Assembly (NCBI GenBank): GCA_032718475.1
Contig: JAUCBJ010001237.1
Span: forward strand, 50,496-114,495
Length of the DNA: 64,000 nt
Direction of reading: 5' to 3'
Origin: Nemertoderma westbladi
Taxonomy: Eukaryota > Animalia > Xenacoelomorpha
Below are positions 23,901-37,204 of the stretch, piece by piece (position 1 is the first letter of the stretch; every line of letters starts with the position of its first letter). The notes beneath the pieces were generated by a model. That model worked only from the letters and a program-made list of their open reading frames with translations. It ran no database searches and was not told where the DNA came from. The position numbers and the translations under genes were made by a program.

Positions 23901-26900
23901 GATTATCCCAAAAGCTTGGATGGTCATCCAGTACTCCACCGGTTTCTTATTGAGGTCTCCTTCAGGCCACCACAAAAATCGTAGGCTATCTCGATCCCTA
24001 TCCAGCGCTTTGACTTGTAAGAACATGCCTTCTATATCTGAGGCGAAAGCAATGGAGTATTGTCTTAATCGCAGTAGTATTCCCAACAAGGATTGGAGTA
24101 AGTTGGGTCCGGGTAACAATTCAGAATTAAGAGATTGGCCCATATAAAGGGCGGAACCGTCAAACACCACTCGCACTTCATGGGGTTTACCGGGTTTGGG
24201 AACGTAATGGTGAGTTAAGTAATACGTTCTCTCAGTTATAGGAGTTTCTTCCGGTACTAGCTCCGCATATCCCTTGCTAATAAACTTCTTCAACTGTGTT
24301 TTATACATTTCTTTAGCTGAAGAATTTGCCGTAAGGCGTCGATGTAGTTGAGCAATTCTTTTCTCCGCCAAAGGTCTGTTGTTAATAAACTTTGGTTCTC
24401 GCTTTCAGAAAGGAAGTTCGATCTCATACCTTCCTTGATCTTTAAGAAAACGAGTAGTTGTCGCTTGGATCTGCTTGGCTCTTTCTTCCTCCACCGATAG
24501 GGCCTTATCGTAGGAGTTGGGCTCTACGACCTCTTGAGTAAAGAATCTCACGGCATGTTCATCCCGAGTCTTGGCATTATAACGTTCAATGACGTCATTA
24601 AGCTCGTCGTTATAGTCGTCTCGCTCAGATGGGTGAAGGAGTTGACATAAGTTCACTTGATTTTGCCAAGTCTCGCTTTCCTTAAGGAGATCGATGGCAT
24701 TCTCCTCATCAAAAAGTTGATGTATATTGTCGTTGTCTGAGGAGTATGGAGTTCCCTCAGTTGGATCGTCGAACTCACTGTTCTCAACTTCCCATTCTCG
24801 TGCTTGATATACTTGGTCTTTCGGTAATCTTTCCATTAGAGTTCTACGGGAAGGGCCAGTAAAGTACTAACCTACTCTAGTTCTTCCCGCATAAACTTGT
24901 AGAGGTTGCGGTTGAGCAGGTCGTTTCTCTAATGTCTCGAGCGCTTCATGCGCATTTTGACCGATGAGTATTTGCACTCCAGGATAATCTGTCTGGAATC
25001 GAGGTATCTTAAGATGTTGGATGCTCTCATCCTCGTCCCAATTATAAAGGTCTGCTTGAGTAGTAGCGAAGTTCTTTATAGCCACCATTTTCACTGACCT
25101 TATGCTATGTTCTCCTAGCTCGTCCTGGGGGGTGGACAACGCACCTATATAATAATCCGCTGTTACTGTGGATTTCCAAACTTGCATAATTCCTGACATG
25201 TTTAGCTTAGTTCGGAACTTGGGTTGTCCATCGAATATGTCTTCGGCTAGCTCTTTGTCGATGAATGTTCCTGTACTACCGGAGTCAAGGAGGGCGTTCA
25301 CTACATAACTCCTTTTCGGTCCGTGGACCCTTACCTGTACCACAGGAAATTCTCTAATCCCTACATTGGAAGTTGGCGCTTTCCAAAATGGTTGTCGATC
25401 AGAAGTGGTTAGAGCGAGGTCAATGTCTGTATCTTTTTCATAGATGAGTGCTCGATACACTGTGGTATTTATCATGTAACAGGATTCGTTTTCGTCGGAG
25501 AACTCGTCCGTGTAGAATCCTTCCATCTCAGATTGATCAGTGTCGTTCACATCACTGAATTGGACATGTAGTTCGGAATCACTTACCTGACTCGGACTAT
25601 TTCGCTCGAATTCAGTGTGCAACAAGATATGATGTTTCGCACCGCACTTGGCACATCTTGTGTCAGAGTAACAGGTTCGCCGTTGGTGTCCTTGTCTGAG
25701 GCAATTATAGCACAACCGCTTGTCCCACATGACTTCACGTCTCTCAGTTAATGATTTCTTTAGAAATTCATCACACATATTTAAGCGATGGGTCCCGTCA
25801 CATAGCGCACATTTCGGTTTGATGTTACTCACCTTACTCTGAGTCACATTGTGTACACTTGCTTTTTCTTCGGGCTTTCTCACCTGAATTCTCTTGGGAG
25901 ACGTAGGAGGAGTTTTTCTTACCTGTTCTCTCCTGTCATTTGTTCGAGACTTGAATTTACTTACCTGATCTTTTGGCATTTTATTTACGTAATAAGCGCG
26001 GTCAGTGTCTTTCCCGCTATCTTCTCCTTGAGAAGTCTGGCTTTCGCCATCATCTGTATAACACACTGGTGTTACCTTTCTCCTAGCGACGGGTTTTTCA
26101 CTTACCTTGTTTTCCGGTGTCTTCTCTCTGGACAGTTTCAGGAGCTGTAATTTCACTTCTCCATCTAGGAATGACATGAGATCAGCCATGGTAGGGTCTC
26201 GTCGTTGTTGTTCCATCATATATAACACTTTCTTATCCCAGCGTGTACCTACTCCACCCTTCGGTAAAGTAGAAGCCACTGCTCTAATAACCATAGTATT
26301 CTGATACTCATGAGACTTACCTAGCCAATCTAATTGTCTGCAGATCTCCTGAATCTCATCGGAAAACTCTATAATTCCGCTGCTAATAAATTTTCGGGGC
26401 GCTACCAACTTTGCATACAAATACCCAGCTATGTTATTCCTATTACCATACCTGATGTTTAGTGTATCCCAAACTTGTCTTAATCCGTCTGGATGTCCAA
26501 TAAACTTTAACGCCATTAACTTGGGAGATCCTTCCAAGCACTCGATGAGGAATCTAAGTTTCTCTCCATTAGATAGCACAGAGTTCTGTATGTTATCTTT
26601 GTAATATTCATTAAAAGGTAACCATTTCATCTCATCTCCATTGAACTTGACGATCTCTCCCACCTTTACCGCTTGCCGGGCTTCGGTTCTAGCCATTTGA
26701 CGCGTAAAACTTTCTTGGGCCATCGTGTTATTTAATATCGAGTTATCGGTATATAAATTTCTCGGATTATGATCCGGTCTATAGGGAATATCATTATCAA
26801 CAGGTCTATAATTACCCTTAATAGGGTTCACTATAGGAGTTTCTACTTCGCTAGCAGTATAGATGCGTGTAGGCTCCACACCTTGCGCATGAGATACTTC

Positions 26901-29105
26901 AGACCTAACAGGTTGACACATGGTTACAGGGGGTGGTGGTATACCCCTTTGTGTATTTACTAATTTATCGCGTTGTAGCGCGATACTTTGCTGCACTTCT
27001 TGCAACTCTAGCCTACTTTCCCTTACTGTGCCTTTGAATTGTTGAACAGTCTCCTGCATCTGTCCGAGCAGGAGATCCATCCCCCGTCGTCTCTCATCCA
27101 CCCATTCAACCGCCGAAGCGGGATTCGCCAACGTTGTAGCGGGCGGACGAGGGACAACGGGCGACAAATCATGAATATTTCGCTCGGAGTCTAGGGTGTG
27201 AACTGTCTCACGGACTGTTCTGCTGGGCACAGGTAGCTTAGTGCTGTGCAAAGGGAATTGAGAGGTAGGTTCAGGGAGTACAGGTGTCTCTATGACCGAA
27301 AGGGTGGCTTCGGGAACAGACCTAACTATTTCGGGCTCATCTACTATAGTAGGGAGTCTCTCTATTGTAATTATTTGGTCTGTAGGTTCTGTACTACCTA
27401 AGTTGGTGTTATTTAGTTGCCTTCTAACAGCTGGAGGCAAATCAGGCAATTTTTGACGGTGGGATGTTCTTTTACGTCTGCTTAGGCAAGATCGATTTCC
27501 TCCGCCTTCAGTGTCGGTGGTATCGCCTTCCTCAGATGATGTATAACCCTGTCTTTTGGGAGTAGATCGATTCATCATCTGCATATTACTAGCTGTTAAC
27601 TGTTTATTAAAGTTGTCTTGTTTCTCTTGAAGATTTTCCAACTCTAGTTGGGTTGTCTCTTCAGATGCCTTTCGTTCTGCTTCTGCCACTGCTATTTTTC
27701 TTTCCGCTTCGGCCGCCTTTCTTTCGGCTTCTACTGCTGCAGCTGCCACCTTTCTTTCCGCTTCGGCCGCCTTTCTTTCGGCTTCTACTGCTGCAGCTGC
27801 CACCTTTCTTTCCGCTTCGGCCGCCTTTCTTTCGGCTTCTACCGCCTTTCTTTCGGCTTCTACTGCTGCAGCTGCCGCTTTTGCCTCTGCCGCTGCCGCT
27901 TTTGCCTCTGCCGCTGCCTCTGCCGCTTTCTTTCTATCTTCTATACGTTTTTTCCTTACTTGTTCTTCTTGAACCTTAGCGATGCGGATGCTTTCATTGA
28001 ATTTAGCTTGGTTCGCAGCTAACCTATCCACATCGATTGCGTCCAACACACGCTGGGCTCCTTCACTATTAGGGCTAAGCCCCTCTAGTCTTCTCCGCAA
28101 CTCTTCATCACCTACGAAACGCTGATAGTCTGACAGATAGATGTCAATGGCATCCCTCTTATGCGGTTTCTCTGCCGTCGCTTCACTTTCCACTTGGGAA
28201 AAAGTAGCGTCTGTTGATTCTCCATGGGTTGAGCGCTCCTCCAGCTGAGCTTTCCACTGAGCTGTTCCTTGAACCTGGCGACTCACCCGTTGAAACCAAG
28301 TCTTTACGGCAACTTGCAACGACGTGTCTTGTCTTCTTTTAGAAGCCTCTTCAAAGGCTGATAATATTAGCCTGATTCGCAGAATTCTTTCTCTAACTTG
28401 ATAAAGCAGTTGTCCCTGCTCTTGAGGTCCTTGAGGTTGTTGTAACAGTTGTTTTTCTACTCGCTCCATAGAGCTGAAGAATCCCTGTGCGTATCCGGCT
28501 GTGGACCTCTTCCACACAGCTGGATCGATGGTTTCCTTGGCTACTCCCATCCGGTGTATGTCTTCCCAGGCAGCTTCTGATAAATCAAACGGGAGTCCGG
28601 GTCCGGGGAAGTTCCATTGCGACTCGACCATAGATTTCAGTTCTTCCTTTGTGTATCCCGCATAACTATCTTTAGTTGAGCGCTTACTTCTCGCCCAATC
28701 GATCTGGTGTTCTTCCACCGCGATCAATAACCTGGTGAGTACGGCTGCAGGAAGGATGAGAAGGGGATCCGAATAAACCGCATCAGTCATCCTTGCTCCG
28801 CGCTCGGGTGTCAGTTCTACAGTATCTTCACTACTGGAGCTGTCGGGCCGCTGAGAAATAAGTTCTTGGCTCACGGGTTGTTGCTGTTCCGCTGCTTCTT
28901 GGTCCCGCTTGACCCGGGCTCGAGTGCCTATGATAGACCTACGGTGCTGGACCAGCCTAGGTTCTGTTATTACTACTGGAGGGATGACTTTCCTCACAGT
29001 GGGAGGTGAACTGAACTTAGGAATAGATGGTTCTACACCTCTATCTGAGTCGCAGATAGTTACATCTAATAAACTGTCTGACAGGTTCTGCTTAGTATCA
29101 GACAT
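20916..29105 (-). pseudogene. gag-pol: Bel/Pao gag-pol polyprotein (about 2729 codons) with two in-frame stops
   Basis: Three same-frame ORFs separated by TAG (24867) and TGA (24405); triple Cys/His knuckles, ALLDSGS protease, YMDD RT, FGDAS RNase H, HHCC and DDE integrase (GVDLFGP, SDKGTNF, GGSWERL). Confidence 0.95.
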
Positions 29106-30686
29106 GTTTGTTTACACAGTTGAATGCCTACTGCTATATTACAGTCTAAGCAAGTCTAGTAATTCAGTGTTAACTGCTAGCCTAGTAATTAATTACCGAT
29201 ACTGCTACTCAGTGTAGCGTGATATATATAATATTAGAATACCGGTATGCTTATGGTATATATAAGTATTATTACAGACTAGGTTTTTCACAGAAACCGG
29301 TATATAATTTTAGCACAAATATATATAAATATATAATAGGCCTATCGTGGATACCGGTATGCAGTTTACACTTATAGTATATATAAGTATAATTATTAAC
29401 TAGAATTAATTACAGAATACCGGTATGATTTCAGCACAAATATAAATATATAATAGTCCTATCGTGGATACCGGTATATCAATTATTTTAAATAATTGAA
29501 TTTCTGAATTTTAAGGGTTACTTGGTTACTTTAACTTACTTTATTACCGTTATTTAAGCAGTAGTCCAACTGATATTGAGACCTAATTATTATATGGCAG
29601 GCCTACTATTTATAAATCGTTTGAGTTGATTTATAATATATATATACCCGTTTAATGGGTTTTGTCAATGTTGAAATAAATGTTATTATTTCTGGGGGAG
29701 TCACTACACATAAGCTGTGCGCTCTCAGTGGAGTGCTACTTGTTAGACACTAAAACAAATAATTCTAATTTACCTAAGTTACTTAATACTACAAATTACG
29801 TACAATTCGGGTTGAGATTACAATCTCTAAATAAACACAAAATTTTAATTACAAATACACAAATACAAATTTTTAGGGTAATTTTACAAGAAGTCTACTA
29901 ACCAGCCTAACAAAGGGCTAGAATATCTGGTTATTACAACGGACAGGTTACTACGGTATTTGAAAATAATAAGTAGTAGTAAATATACTGCGCTGTCTAG
30001 ATAGGAAAATACCACCGCCTGACGACCTATAACCGTATCGCTATAGGTACTACGTTATGTATCACGGAGTGTTCCTACCTAGAAGTTAATAGAGCTAACG
30101 TACGTGCCTATTAACCACTTTACAACACAAATACTGCCTACACACTAATTGCTTTCGGAAAGCACTGTACACTAAACCCTAAATTAGGTACAAGTACTTG
30201 TATAACAAATAATTAGTAGTTAAAAATACTTGAACAGCCAAAAGAACCACGGTATCTGCTGGAGTGACCGGTGCACAAAATCACCAGTCTTTACCTACGC
30301 CAAGCAGCCCGTATAGTACCGGGGTTAGTTTAACTATAACGGTATGTATAACAAACACAATTACTGTAGGAATAAACTTGGGGATATGAATGTTGCGAAT
30401 AATCGCATAAACTCTGAATAATAAATATTACGCTACGCGTACAGACCATTCAAACAAAATGCAGACCAAATACTGACAGACTACTATCAAGCCCAAACAA
30501 TCTACGGTATATGTAGACTCCGAAATGGTTAAGTAGTATGCGTTCTAACCCAGTAGTACGACTTATTCTTTAGATGGGGGTTTACCTTACAGCGATGGCT
30601 GCCCCTACTTCCTAACCGTTCTTTATCGGACAGATGCTTTACACACACCGAAATTTCCTCAAACCCAACAACAGCCAGACAACTAT

Positions 30687-33277
30687 GTGAAAACTGACAT
30701 CTGAAATAAACTTAGCACCCATTAAAACCCCCATAACAAGAATGTTAGTTAGTTTGTATTCTTTTTTAAGTTTTGACAGACTGACTGACTGACAGAAAGA
30801 CCGACAAACAGACAGTCTAGATTTATATAAACCTGAAAACTGACATCAGAAATGAAATCAGCACCCCTTAAAACCCCCATAGCGAGAATGTTAGTTAATT
30901 TGAATTCTCTTTTATGTTTTGACAGACTGACTGACAGAATGACCGACAGACAGACAGACTAGATTTATGTAAACGTGAAAACTGACATCAGAAATGTAAT
31001 CAGCACTCCTTAAAACCCCCATAGTGAGAATGTTAGCGACAAGTTTTAATTATTAACCATATTTCGTAAGATATATTTTAAAACATTTATTTATTAATAA
31101 TGCAATAACTGAATAACCAGATAACGGAACGACAAACCGAATTGAAACTTTTAATTACTAATAATAATTGTGGTGAGAGGTGATGGAAATCAAGGATATA
31201 TGTTGTTATGTTATGGAGCACGCGTTGGTAGGCACAGACAGGCAATGAATTGATGTCTGTTGAGATGTATTGAAGGAGCACTATTCCTTCATTAGTAATA
31301 ATATTAATGTCATTGAATAACTGATACCTAAACACACACACACCCCCCCCCCCCCGTCAGCCAGTTCTATGGAGAGTGAGTGAATGTTTAGGGAATTAAT
31401 GCTATCCTACCATCCCCAACCAGCAGCAGTCTGCCTCTAACAGGCCAGGACATTCTCAGCGTTGCTAAGACACGGGAAGGAATTACTCCGTATTGACTGT
31501 CATTAGGCGGTTAGAGCCTGCGTGTGAATTAATTGATAAAAATGCAATTTTAATTGTAAATCAATAAATAACTATAAAACTTGACATTAATCTCGAGTAT
31601 AAAGTAAAGACTTTGATAGAATGGGACACGGCGAATCTACCCATGTTAATTTTATACCAGATGGGATAAATGTTACCCCCCTAAATAATTAATTACCGAT
31701 AGAAGAATCGAAATAATTCGATTCAACCCTACAATTTAGCTGAAGATATTAACTTCGATTATGGCTTCCGACATTTATGGCTACCGACACACACACACAC
31801 ACGTCACACACAGACTTTTGAGAAACGGCCATAGTATAATTATATCAGTTCGCTGATGGCTCGCCATACGTGTCTCGCCCCACATGCAATTATAATTCAA
31901 GAATAAAAATAATTAATTAAACATTTTAGGTTTTTACGATAGTTTTTACATTAAATACGATACAAATTAATTCACAATACGCTTTTTATATTAAAAAAAT
32001 AATAAAAATAATCGATGATAAAAAAAGAACGGTTAAAATTAAAGTACAGATTTATAATAAACCCCTTTTTTAGGTGACCTGATGCCGATGCTGTTTGCGC
32101 TTTTGAAGACCTTTGACAGTTTAACCTGCCAAAATTAGAATGTCTTTTAGATGATACATATTCTTTAGCTTTATGACGAGTATTTGATACACTACATTAG
32201 CCGAAGCCAGTCTATGCGCAATCATTCACCCGTTGGATATACCCGGGAGACTGAGTTCGGAGCTTAATGATTGATGGTGTAAGCCTACTGTATTATTCGA
32301 CTGATCGTAATATATAATCTCTGACAAATATTATTCACTTTCGGGAAATATTAACAGTTCCTTTAGGACGTGGCGCTCTAAATATGTAAACAGAGTTATG
32401 ACTTAAACTAGTCACAACGAAAAGGCTATAGATTAACGTATATGGCGCATTCTTTAGGAGATGCTTTGTTATCGGTTGCAATCATACACAATGCTGCACA
32501 ATACTGCACACTAATCTGCCGACCTTCACTAAATTTAGTCACGTATAAAGAGAGCAACAGACAATTTATGTTGGGCATATGAAATAGCATTAGATTCACT
32601 TCAAACCACTCAACACAGGTCGCAATCGTTTATCTGTAACCGGTCTCTCTAACCTTTAGTATATCAAGAAGGTGGGGTGTCTGACTATTGATCAGTATTC
32701 CGATATAATAATTCATCAACAAATATAATGAACAACAGACAGCAAAAGCAGTAATATTAATGTATGAATTGCATATAATTCGTTTGGTTAGATTGTATGT
32801 AGTAAATAGGTTGATTTGTATGATAACAGATATACGTTCTATAATTAAGCCTACTAATGTAAAGCTAAAGAACGCTGATACACGGAGGTGCTAAAAGCCG
32901 ATGTTCTTAGGCTCTGAGCAAAAACATAACACTGAATTACTGAGTTCTGTATACACCTCCAACACAGAGACAAAAAACGCTCTGATTGGTCAACCGAACA
33001 ACGGGAGAACAAAGAAACAAAGAAACGTCGACGTGGCAATATCAGCTGTTAGCCGTCGTCATGGTAGCGACACTGTTTTCAAGAGTATCCAGCTTATCGC
33101 GTCACGAGATTGCAGATTATGTCCTCTAAAGTACAAATACAGTACAAATACAGAAGAAATGACTTTTATGTCCTCTAAAACACCAGTACAGCAAGGACAC
33201 GGCCTTTTTATGCCTGGCAAACCAACTACAAAGTACTTTAAGGGAAAATAACCGGTTAATGACGCAAAAGCTTTTAC
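30687..33277 (+). repeat. Copy 2 of the 2.6-kb direct duplication
   Basis: Differs from copy 1 by about four substitutions seen by eye and a 6-nt longer poly-C run. Confidence 0.97.
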
Positions 33278-33484
33278 TGATGCAACAAAACACATTATAA
33301 TTAGTTTTGTATTTACCTATTTACATATATTTATAGACTATTTACAATGCAATAACTGTAAAAACAAACAAAATTAAACAGACAAAATGATGATACATAG
33401 ATTAAAATAAAATGAAACATACAGTAGATTAAAAATAGATAAAAATTTATATTTAGGTATCATATTTAGGCCTACAGAAAGATC

Positions 33485-33800
33485 TCAGAATAAAATTTTT
33501 GTCGAGATTTCACGACAAAATGACTGCAAGGATTTGCACTCGACTACATTCGATGGCAGTTGGTTCCAGATTGGCACAACACGGCTGAAAAAAGAGTCCT
33601 GGGAAATTTTCAACCTGCACTGCGGTTCTGAAAGTTTCATTTTGTGGCCTCGAAGACCGCTACGGGGAGCTGGAGTAAATAATTTTTCAGCATCGAGGTC
33701 AACTAAGCCATTTAGAATGCGGTATGTCATTTTTAGATCAAACAGTAGACGGAGCTCCTCAAGTGGTTGCAAATTAAGCAGAGATAGGCGTTGATTGTTT
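33485..33800 (-). mobile_element. 3'-terminal fragment of a CR1 LINE
   Basis: RL..LNLQPLE.LR...DL, LRGH..KL, FFSRVVPIWNQLP. Confidence 0.85.
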
Positions 33801-36367
33801 GTAATCATTTATTTATAAATATTTGCACCTTTTAAACAAACGTCGGGTAAAATATATTTGCACCTTTGCACAGAATCCCCTATCGTCTTGAATTACAGAC
33901 TCGCAAACTTTGAACTTTGTACCCGGTTACCTTGACAACAACAATATAAAAGTTGCAGAAAGCTACTTTATTACATTTCTATGAACCCTAGTCATCATAT
34001 TCACCTAAGAAAATTAGCATATATGAGTTTCTAAGGAAATATTATGAAAATAGTGCCATAAATAGGGAAAAGATCGGCCCACGCTAATTTCAGCAATCCG
34101 CTCTCTGCATGACCTGTTATTTAGTACACCTTTCACGCAATTCCACGGTGTCGGACTTTAACGGACATTCTCGATTTTTTAATGTTTTTCTTTAAGTTTA
34201 CGAAAATACTTGAAACTTTAACATCAGATTGCGTTGAATAAATGAGAATATTTATAAATTTTTTCAGAATATTGCAAATAATGGCTTTTAAAAAGCTTTT
34301 AAAAGCTTTTAAAAAGGTGTCGGACGTTACAAAAATAGGACACTTTTTAAAGTACATATTTTATTTTTGATTGGAATTAATGCCGAAGACTGGTATGTTA
34401 TTATTGTAGGGATCAAAATGTTGTAGCTGAACTATTTATCTATTTTTCAAAAAGGTTTTCACAATTGCAATGGAGTTCTTTTGAAGCCGACATTTGCAAT
34501 TCAAAGTTATATATATGTATATTTAATACACGATAACATACATTAAAATATATATAGTATAGCCAATACAGTAGAATTAAGAAATACTAAATATAGGTAA
34601 TCGACAATTTTTCGAGGGAGATCGCCGCCCAGGCTCGAGGCACTTAAAGGGGCGATTTAAATGATTTAAAAGAAGATAAATTAAGTGTGAATATATGTGT
34701 ACATACAGTATAGTATAGTGATAAATATTGTGATAAAAATAATTTCATTGGTTATTACTTAATAAAATAGGTAGGAATGAAATAAAATAACAAACACAAT
34801 CACACAACGGATACAAAACCTTAAAAAAATAGTTTAAAAAATAATATAAATAAGTTAAAAGTTAAACGGCTATTTGCACCAATGGTCGACCGAACAGTGT
34901 GACTTAAAATCGAACGTTAATAATTAACGAGAAAAAATTTGTAGGTTTTTAGCATCAACAATATCTTGCGATAAAGAATTCCAGAATGGAACAGTGCGGT
35001 AGTTAAAAGTTGTGCGGAATGGTGTCGGACGTTACGTGTTGGACGTTACATAAAAATCAGCAAATTTAACCATCTCTGTCGGCTTTATTTTTCGTCTTTG
35101 GAATGTACTCTAGATGTCATTAGAACCGCCTTCATCGCAGATTCTAAATCTGAAAACCATTTTAAATTTCACCTACAATTGCCAAATATATTATCAAAAT
35201 ACTAATGTGTGAATTTTGAGTGGTAAATAGCAATTATTGAAACCTATTTTATTTATTTATGCCTTTTACACTATACACTGCAATTTAGACTTTAAATACA
35301 TTAAATAATAATAGTGTCGGACGTTACTAAACTTCAATCACTGAAATCACAGCCTTTTTGGTAGCCTAGATTGCTGTAAATGGCACAAAAGACGCCATCT
35401 TACGTCGGCATTAAGTAATTTTAATTTCGATATGGTTTGCCAAACAATAGAGAAGTAATTGAGAAAAAATTTAAAAAAGTGTCGGACGTTACAATTGTAT
35501 ACAGGTAGCTTTTAATGCTTATTGTATGAGAAACGTTTTATGTTTATGGCGTAGAACTACCTCATTGGAATGTGCATTTACGGCTGATTACAATGATACC
35601 AATGATAGCCTATATTGATAAACAGTAAAAAGCCTTGATTTTTGTTATTTTTTTTCGTCTTTTGTGAAAAAACCAGACCACATACAGGTAGTTTTTGCGC
35701 GTGAATGTTTGAACTTTGAACTCGATTATCTCAGAATGACATTTTTCGCACGAAAAATACTACAATAAAAATACTCCTCCGCCATTTCTTAACCGTTTCT
35801 TGCCATTTTGGCTTTATATGAAAGGTAATTTCATAACCTTCAATATAAATATCACGCACTTTTCTTAATTTAATAATATTTACCCATTTTTTGTATGAAA
35901 AATTAGAAAACAATTTTATTGATTTTTTTTTACAAAACTGCCATTTATCGAAATTGAAAATGAAAATACAAAAAGTGCGTGAAAATTATTATGAAAATGA
36001 ACATGCTGGTTCCAAAAAATGTGGTATCTGAAAATAAATTAGAAAATAACGGAGGAGTAGCATTTTTAGCGAGATTTTTTAAATCTAGCGTTCTGTAGGC
36101 TGCTAGGGGGCGCCAAAAAACATTCTTTCAATTTTCAATTTTTTTCAGATTTTTTTCAAATTCGTATGTACTTTTTATGATTCTCTTGTAGGGTAGAGAC
36201 TTTGGCGGGATATTCAAAAACACTCTACTACACTATCTTTCCTTATCTCTGTATGCAATTATTAATTTGTATATCATAATTATATTATACTTTCGTTGAC
36301 CACTACATTGGTGACCCGGAGATTCAGACTCCCTTTCTCCTTTATTTTCCCCGTCTACTTCGTCCTC

Positions 36368-37204
36368 ATGCCTCTTACTCCCGAGGAACATCAGGCCTTC
36401 GCCGAAGCCGCCGCTGCCGCCATGGCCGCCTCCTTGGCCGCCAACCCCACCGGCGCAAAAGCCGCCCTGGCTACCCCAGCCGCCATCTCTGCGGTCGCTC
36501 TCAAGCTGCCTCCGTTCTGGACTTCCGACCCGGAGGTTTGGTTCCGGCAGGTGGAGGCCCAATTCGACGTCAAGGGGATCACGGTGGACAGCACCAAGTA
36601 CAACTACATCATTGGGTGCCTTGACAACGCCGTCGCCGCGGAGGTCCGGTCCGATATCATCAACCCCCCGGCCAACGACCTGTATGACGGCATCAAGGCC
36701 GCCCTCTGCAGGGCCTTCGGCCGCACTCAGGCGAGCAAGGATGCGGAACTTCTCTCGCTGGCCGGCCTCGGGGACCGCAAGCCAACCGGCCTCCTCCGGC
36801 ACATTAGAGGCCTCAATGGCGACCCGGAAACGCTCCTGCGGGCCATCTTCCTGGCCCAGCTGCCGCCCGAGGTCCGGGGCGTCCTCGCCGGGTCGAACCA
36901 AACGGACCTCAACGCACTCGCCGTCGACGCTGACCGCATCTTGGAGGCCCGCTCCTCTTCTACCGTCCCCACTGCCAGGATCTCGGTCGTCGGCCGTCGT
37001 TCCACCCCGCAGCCACAGCAGCAGCGCAACACCGCCGACAACCCGAGCGGCACATGCTGGTACCACCGGCGTTTCGGTCCGGCAGCCCGCCGCTGCGAGC
37101 GCGGCAGGTGTCCTTCGTCTTCGGCCGTTCCCATCACCATCGACTGCCCGGCCGACGGTTCTCATCCCGCATCGAGGTCGGGAAACGCCAACGCCGGCCG
37201 CTAG
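36368..37204 (+). CDS. gag: Gag (278 aa) with CHCC knuckle
   Basis: KLPPFW...PEVWF, LGDRKP, CWYHRRFG..ARRC. Confidence 0.9.
   Translation: MPLTPEEHQAFAEAAAAAMAASLAANPTGAKAALATPAAISAVALKLPPFWTSDPEVWFRQVEAQFDVKGITVDSTKYNYIIGCLDNAVAAEVRSDIINPPANDLYDGIKAALCRAFGRTQASKDAELLSLAGLGDRKPTGLLRHIRGLNGDPETLLRAIFLAQLPPEVRGVLAGSNQTDLNALAVDADRILEARSSSTVPTARISVVGRRSTPQPQQQRNTADNPSGTCWYHRRFGPAARRCERGRCPSSSAVPITIDCPADGSHPASRSGNANAGR

Larger units (their letters stand above)
17675..30686 (-). mobile_element. Bel/Pao-type retrotransposon insert without recognisable paired LTRs
   Basis: Gag-pol with Bel/Pao domain order lies between the two copies of the duplication; no LTR pair or TSD seen. Confidence 0.85.

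Noticed and set aside
24405-24869. Programmed readthrough or alternative genetic code in the Bel/Pao gag-pol
   Set aside because: The two stops differ (TAG, TGA), each fits a single transition, and other genes here use standard stops
30659-30677. TGGCTGTTGTTGGGTTTGA as a definite primer-binding site
   Set aside because: Fits T-loop spacing only if the tRNA lacks its CCA tail, and overlaps microhomology with host repeat; kept only as a hint
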